From positions 608,001-672,000 of the forward strand of contig CBDCWI010000001.1 in NCBI GenBank assembly GCA_965223325.1: 64,000 nucleotides of DNA, given 5' to 3'. Origin of the DNA: Candidatus Multivoradales bacterium. GTDB lineage: Bacteria; Acidobacteriota; Thermoanaerobaculia; Multivoradales; Multivoraceae. This document shows positions 59,071-64,000 of this stretch, piece after piece; within the stretch, counting starts at the first letter, position 1; each line of letters begins with the position of its first letter. The notes under the pieces are model-generated. The model was not told where the DNA came from. It was given only the letters and a program-made list of their open reading frames with translations, and searched no databases. The translations under genes and the position numbers were made by a program.

Positions 59071-59470
59071 AGTCGGGCCGACTCAATCCGCAGGTTTCAC
59101 TTCAGGACAGGGGTGCGTAGCGCTCTCTTACTGCTCTGCCTTGGACAATATTCGTCGCTTTCCTCTCTTTTCCAGATATGATGAGTGACTGCTCCGGCCC
59201 ACCCCCAGCGGCCGCGCCACATGCCGCCCAAGGCGAGCCAAGAATCTCTTCCCCTTCCCTGGCCTCAGGTCACGCCAACCTCACCAGGCTGGCAAGAAAC
59301 CTGCAAAAACCCTCTTGTCACCTCCGATTCGTTCCGAGGCGGCCCAGGCCCCGACGGTGCGAGCGGTTCAAAGAAGTGCACAGGCAGGCCCTCTGACCCT
59401 CCTGTGCCGAATCCAGGTGGCGATCGCAGCGCTCGAGAGCACATTCATCCAAGAGACCTTCAGCCAGCGC

Positions 59471-59812
59471 ATGACTTTCGATCAAGTAGCCCTGCTCGCC
59501 CACGTCGACGGCGACATCGAACTGCTCGGTGAGATCATCGAGTTGTTCCGCCAGGACACTCCCCGGACCCTCCTTCGACTCCGCGAAGCCCTCGACGACG
59601 AGGAAGGAGAGGCTGTCTGGCAGCAGGCTCACGCTCTCAAGGGCGCCGTGGCAAACTTCGCAGCGAGTAGCGCGCACGAACTGGCGCTGCACATCGAGAA
59701 CGCCGGCCGCGCCGGCGACCTCGGCACCGCGGCGCGCCACACCGAGGCCCTCGCGATCGAAATCGAGGCACTGCTCACAGATCTCGATCGCTGGGTCGCA
59801 GAACTCTCCTGA
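59471..59812 (+). CDS. Hpt phosphotransfer protein
   Basis: 'AHALKGAVANF' Hpt motif; adjacent to a hybrid kinase. Confidence 0.85.
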   Translation: MTFDQVALLAHVDGDIELLGEIIELFRQDTPRTLLRLREALDDEEGEAVWQQAHALKGAVANFAASSAHELALHIENAGRAGDLGTAARHTEALAIEIEALLTDLDRWVAELS

Positions 59813-59936
59813 AGCCGCCCTGGGGCCTCCCGCGGCCCTGGGGGCCTCCCGATTCCACCGTGGCCTCCCGGAGTGGCCTTTGTGGTGATAGGTATGTTCC
59901 GGCGCGCTCGGCCCATCATGCGCTCTGAAGCTAGTC

Positions 59937-62369
59937 GTGAACCTGAGATCTCGAAACCTACTGGATGCAGACGTCAGTGGCGAAGCCGCGTTGACTTCGT
60001 TCGCGCTCGATCCATCTGACGCCGCACAGCGCAAGTCGCGGCGCCTCTACCGCTTCAACGTCTTCGTCGTTCCCCGCCTGCGGGTATTCGGCATGGGGCT
60101 GGCGGCGGCACTGATTCTGCTCTACGACCTGACGTCGCCGCGCGTCTTCGACCCGGCGCGCTACACCCTGCTGCTCGGCTTCATCGCCTTCTACTCGATC
60201 GCCTCGTGGTGGGGGCTCTACCGCTTCTACTCACGTACGGGAAGCCTCGACCTCGCCTTCGCCTTCCTGGTCGCCGACGTGGCCGTCATGTTGGCGGTCA
60301 TCCAGTACCTCGACGGCACCTTCACCTGGCTTCCCATGGTGCTCCTCATCCGAGTTGCCGATCAAACCGGCGGCGGCTTCGCGCGCACCTTCCTCTTCGC
60401 TCACATCGTGCTGGCTGGCTACCTGGGGCTGGTGGGCTTGACCTGGCTGAGCCTCGGCGACGTGCCATGGGGGCCGGTGCTGGTGAACTCTTCGTTTCTC
60501 TATCTGCTCGGCACGTACATCGCCGTGACCGCGCGCACCAATGAGCATTTGCGGGCGCGCACCTCGGCCGCGGTCCACGCCGCACGTCGCCTCGTGCTGC
60601 GCCTGGAAGACCAGAACCAGCGCCTCGAGGATCAGGCTCGGGAGCTCGAGCGCTCTCGTCGGCGGGCCGAGCAGGCAAGCAGTGCCAAGAGCCTTTTCCT
60701 CGCCAACATGAGCCACGAGATTCGCACGCCGATGAACGGCATCCTCGGCATGACGGAGTTGACCCTCGATACCGAGCTCGACGAAAGCCAGCGCGGCTAC
60801 CTCAAGATCGTGCGCAGCTCGGCGGAATCACTGCTCAACCTGCTCAATGACATCCTCGACTTCTCGAAGGTCGAAGCGGGAAAGCTCGACATCGAGCATC
60901 TCGACTTTCGTCTGCGCGACACGGTCTCCGACACCAACTCGATGTTGCAGGTGCGCGCCACCCTCAAGGGGCTTTCTTATCAAGAGCGCATCGACGAGCG
61001 GGTGCCCGACCGGTTGATCGGTGATCCAGCGCGCGTTCGTCAGCTGCTGGTCAACCTGGTCGGTAACGCCATCAAGTTCACCGAGGAAGGGCATATCACG
61101 GTGTCAGTCGACCTCGACGACGACGAGCAGTTGATTCGACCCGGCGAGGTGGTCCAAATCCACTTCGCGGTCACCGATAGCGGTATTGGGATCCCCGAGG
61201 AGAAGCTGCAGCAGATCTTCGCCGCCTTCACCCAGGCCGACGCTTCGACCACCCGGCGCTACGGCGGCACCGGCCTGGGTCTGTCGATTTCACGACAGCT
61301 GGTCGAACTCATGGAGGGGCGGATCTGGGCGGAGAGCGAGCCCGGTGAGGGTTCGAGCTTTCACTTCGTGCTGCCGTTCGAGGTCGCGCGCGCCGAACAG
61401 GTCACCACCGAGCGCGAACCAACCGTCACCATGGCACTGCAGCGTCACCGGGTTCTGGTCGTCGAAACGGGGAAGTCCAAGACCTCGGAGTCCTTGCGTG
61501 ACGTGCTGCGCGGGTGGAACGTTGCTGCGACTTCGGTGCCTACGGACCGCGACGCCTCGGAATCGGTGAGTGCCGCTGCCGGCGACCCGACTCGTGCGTT
61601 CGACCTGGTGGTCATCGATGCCCAGACGCACCATCTCGATGGTTTTCTGGTCGCGGCGCGGTTGCGCGATCCCAAGCACACAGCCACCACCGATCTTCCC
61701 ATCATCCTTCTGACTGCGGCGGGCCAGCGCGGCGATGCGGCGCGCTGCCGTGAACTCGAAATCGACGCCTACCTGACCCGTCCGGTCGAGAGATCTGAAC
61801 TGCTTCAGGCACTCCAGGTCGTCATTCAGCGCCCCCGCGAAGAGCGCGACGCGCTCATCACCCGCCACGAGCTGCGTGAGTTGCGTCCTCAGCTGCGCGT
61901 CCTCCTGGTCGAGGACAACGCGGTCAATCAGCGGCTCGCCCAGCGCATGCTCGAGAAGGGCGGCTACTGGGTCGAGCTGGCGGCCAACGGCGTCGACGCC
62001 GTCGAGATGTTCCAAAACCGCGAATACGACATCGTCCTCATGGACGTTCAAATGCCCGAGATGGACGGTCATCAAGCGACTGCGCGCATCCGTGAGCTCG
62101 AGGAGGGCACCGGCGAGCATATTCCGATCGTCGCGATGACGGCGCACGCCATGAAGGGCGACCGCGAACGCTGTCTGGAAGCAGGCATGGACGACTACCT
62201 CGCCAAGCCGATCCGGTCAGACGCTCTCTATGCCGTCCTCGAGCACTTCTTCCCCGACGATACCCAGCGCCGACTCGACGAACGGCGACTACGTCGCGGC
62301 AGCATCGCGGATCGTGGCTCAAAGGAGTTTCTCCTCGAGGAGGAGTCCGAGAGCAGCAGCTCTGCTTGA
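59937..62369 (+). CDS. Membrane hybrid sensor kinase with two receiver domains (BarA/RpfC-like)
   Basis: 5-6 TM segments, '[15 protein letters not shown]', 'NAIKFT', 'GGTGLGL', degenerate and canonical REC '[11 protein letters not shown]'. Confidence 0.93.
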   Translation: MNLRSRNLLDADVSGEAALTSFALDPSDAAQRKSRRLYRFNVFVVPRLRVFGMGLAAALILLYDLTSPRVFDPARYTLLLGFIAFYSIASWWGLYRFYSRTGSLDLAFAFLVADVAVMLAVIQYLDGTFTWLPMVLLIRVADQTGGGFARTFLFAHIVLAGYLGLVGLTWLSLGDVPWGPVLVNSSFLYLLGTYIAVTARTNEHLRARTSAAVHAARRLVLRLEDQNQRLEDQARELERSRRRAEQASSAKSLFLANMSHEIRTPMNGILGMTELTLDTELDESQRGYLKIVRSSAESLLNLLNDILDFSKVEAGKLDIEHLDFRLRDTVSDTNSMLQVRATLKGLSYQERIDERVPDRLIGDPARVRQLLVNLVGNAIKFTEEGHITVSVDLDDDEQLIRPGEVVQIHFAVTDSGIGIPEEKLQQIFAAFTQADASTTRRYGGTGLGLSISRQLVELMEGRIWAESEPGEGSSFHFVLPFEVARAEQVTTEREPTVTMALQRHRVLVVETGKSKTSESLRDVLRGWNVAATSVPTDRDASESVSAAAGDPTRAFDLVVIDAQTHHLDGFLVAARLRDPKHTATTDLPIILLTAAGQRGDAARCRELEIDAYLTRPVERSELLQALQVVIQRPREERDALITRHELRELRPQLRVLLVEDNAVNQRLAQRMLEKGGYWVELAANGVDAVEMFQNREYDIVLMDVQMPEMDGHQATARIRELEEGTGEHIPIVAMTAHAMKGDRERCLEAGMDDYLAKPIRSDALYAVLEHFFPDDTQRRLDERRLRRGSIADRGSKEFLLEEESESSSSA

Positions 62370-62392
62370 GCCCGCGTTGCTAGCATCCACGG

Positions 62393-64000
62393 GTGAAAAG
62401 GGGTACAAGGGCCACGTTTCTTCTTCTCGGGCTGGCGAGCCTGTGCTCGCTGCTCGGCTACCTGGCGTTCAGGCGTCTGGGATCTGAACTCGGGCTGTTA
62501 GCCGGTACGGTGCCGCTGGCCATCGCCATGGTCTGGCGAGCGGTCGACCTGCGTGACCCGGGCCCGGCTACCGGCATGGCGCTTGGCAACCGGCGGCTGG
62601 CGATGGTCTGGGCGGTATTGGGTGTCCTCGCGCTCGGGCTCGCCTGTCAGGCGTTCGGAGTTCAAGCCGCGAAGCGCCCGGTGAGTATTGCGCTGGTGTC
62701 GCTTCTTCTTCTAGCGACGCTCTTCGAGGTAGCTCGCCTCACAGTGCAACTTCGTGAGGCGTCGGCTGATGGTCGACCGGCGCCGTGGATCTTCTTTCTC
62801 GTTCCATTGCTGGTCTACCTGGCGCTCGACCCCTGGTTGTTGGCGCAGCGCCCGCCGGACGGCGACGAGCCCTGGTACCTGCTGCTCACCCACTCGATCG
62901 CCTTCGACGCCGACATCGACCTCGAGAACCAGTACGAGGAGCGTCACTGGCGGTACTTCATGGAGCGCGAGATCGCTCCGCAACCAGGCGACCCAACCGG
63001 CCCTGACGGTGAAATGTACTCCCGTCACGACGCCCTGCTGCCCGTTCTGTTGGCGCCGTTCTACCGATTCGCGGGGCTGTCGGGGGTCGTCTTCGTGATG
63101 TCTCTCCTGAGCGCGCTCCTGGCACTCTTTTCGCTCCGACTCGCACAGCGCTACCTGAAGCGTGAACCGGGCGCGGCTGTTCTTGCCTGGTGGGTCTTGG
63201 CAATGACCCCGCCTCTGGTTCTCTATGCCCACCAGGTGTGGGTCGAGGTGCCGGCAGCCCTCCTTCTGGTGGTTGCTCTGCTCGTGATCGATCGGCTGCG
63301 CCATCAGGCCCCCACGCGCGGCGACCTCGCCGCGCTAGCGGTTCTCCTGGTCACGCTGCCGCTTCTCAAGCTGCGCTTCGTGCTCGTATCGGCGGGGCTG
63401 GCAGCGTTGGTCGCGGTGACCTTGTGGAGGGGCCGGAGGGAGCGCCAAGGCTGGGCCCCTGGAACGCGTGTCGCTTTAGCGGCGGCTCTGATCGTTCTGG
63501 CGACGGCCGGCGCAGCGCTCCTGGCCTACAACCAGAGAACGTTTGGCAACCCCCTCAAGATCCATCGCGCGGAAGACTTCGCTCTCGCCGGCCTGCCGCT
63601 CGGGCGCCTCGTCGAAGGTGGCCTCGGACTGTTCTGGGACGCGGGATTCGGCCTGTTGGCCGCTTCCCCCATCTGGCTGGTCGTCCTTCCCGCCATCATC
63701 CTCGTCTGGCGAGGTCGCTCGTCACTCTTTGGAGACCTTGTACTCGCCGTTGGGCCCTACCTTCTCGCGGTGACCACGCGCACCGAATGGTACGGCGGCT
63801 GGTCACCACCTTTTCGCTACGGACTCGTCGCCCTTCCGATCCTCACAGGGATGCTGGCCTTCGCCTTCACCCGCCGTCGCCAACCTCCGGCGCGCCTCTT
63901 GATCGCCCCACTCTTCGCCTCGAGCGTCATGATCGGCGCGCTCTACCTGGCCGAACCCGGCTGGACATTCAATCTCGCCGACGGCAGAAACCACGCCATC
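62393..64000 (+). CDS. Multi-pass membrane protein, GT-C/PMT-like glycosyltransferase (runs off window)
   Basis: Frame from GTG 62393 shows no stop that I found, hence its absence from the ORF track. 'DGDEPWYLL' acidic dyad after TM segments; 'VWVEVPAA'; many TM segments; TGcTAGCAT 6 nt upstream. Confidence 0.75.
   Translation, partial: MKRGTRATFLLLGLASLCSLLGYLAFRRLGSELGLLAGTVPLAIAMVWRAVDLRDPGPATGMALGNRRLAMVWAVLGVLALGLACQAFGVQAAKRPVSIALVSLLLLATLFEVARLTVQLREASADGRPAPWIFFLVPLLVYLALDPWLLAQRPPDGDEPWYLLLTHSIAFDADIDLENQYEERHWRYFMEREIAPQPGDPTGPDGEMYSRHDALLPVLLAPFYRFAGLSGVVFVMSLLSALLALFSLRLAQRYLKREPGAAVLAWWVLAMTPPLVLYAHQVWVEVPAALLLVVALLVIDRLRHQAPTRGDLAALAVLLVTLPLLKLRFVLVSAGLAALVAVTLWRGRRERQGWAPGTRVALAAALIVLATAGAALLAYNQRTFGNPLKIHRAEDFALAGLPLGRLVEGGLGLFWDAGFGLLAASPIWLVVLPAIILVWRGRSSLFGDLVLAVGPYLLAVTTRTEWYGGWSPPFRYGLVALPILTGMLAFAFTRRRQPPARLLIAPLFASSVMIGALYLAEPGWTFNLADGRNHAI

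Noticed and set aside
59821-59880. ggcctcccg repeated three times between Hpt and kinase genes
   Set aside because: Short, irregularly spaced and expected by chance at this GC content.

Overview
GC-rich bacterial chromosomal segment, most likely Acidobacteriota (Thermoanaerobaculia-like). This is inferred from an Acidobacteria-type VWA protein and a C-terminal 'FDAFESG..W' motif, not from a marker gene. About 47 real CDS sit among many shadow ORFs. Housekeeping and metabolic genes: ileS-leuS tandem, stand-alone rpsD, nth, polX, pncB, an RpoD-like sigma factor, acyl-CoA dehydrogenase, CoA-transferase, haloalkane dehalogenase, orphan Mo-hydroxylase large subunit. Signalling: two hybrid kinases and an Hpt protein. 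There are also many secreted proteins, four with a single CxxCH. I recognised no tRNA, rRNA, CRISPR array, integrase or transposase. Strongest second-look signals: (i) a Leu/Ile-rich, apparently leaderless 17-aa peptide plus terminator in front of ileS-leuS; (ii) a promoter, Ser/Thr-rich leader peptide, antiterminator and terminator in front of a MATE exporter; (iii) an in-frame RnfD/NqrB-like + DUF2330 fusion upstream of a secreted heme protein; (iv) two dispersed CCCGGG arrays with 11-bp period; (v) a nested inverted-repeat element; (vi) repeated leaderless-promoter signatures. All family assignments are by eye from motifs; no database search was run.
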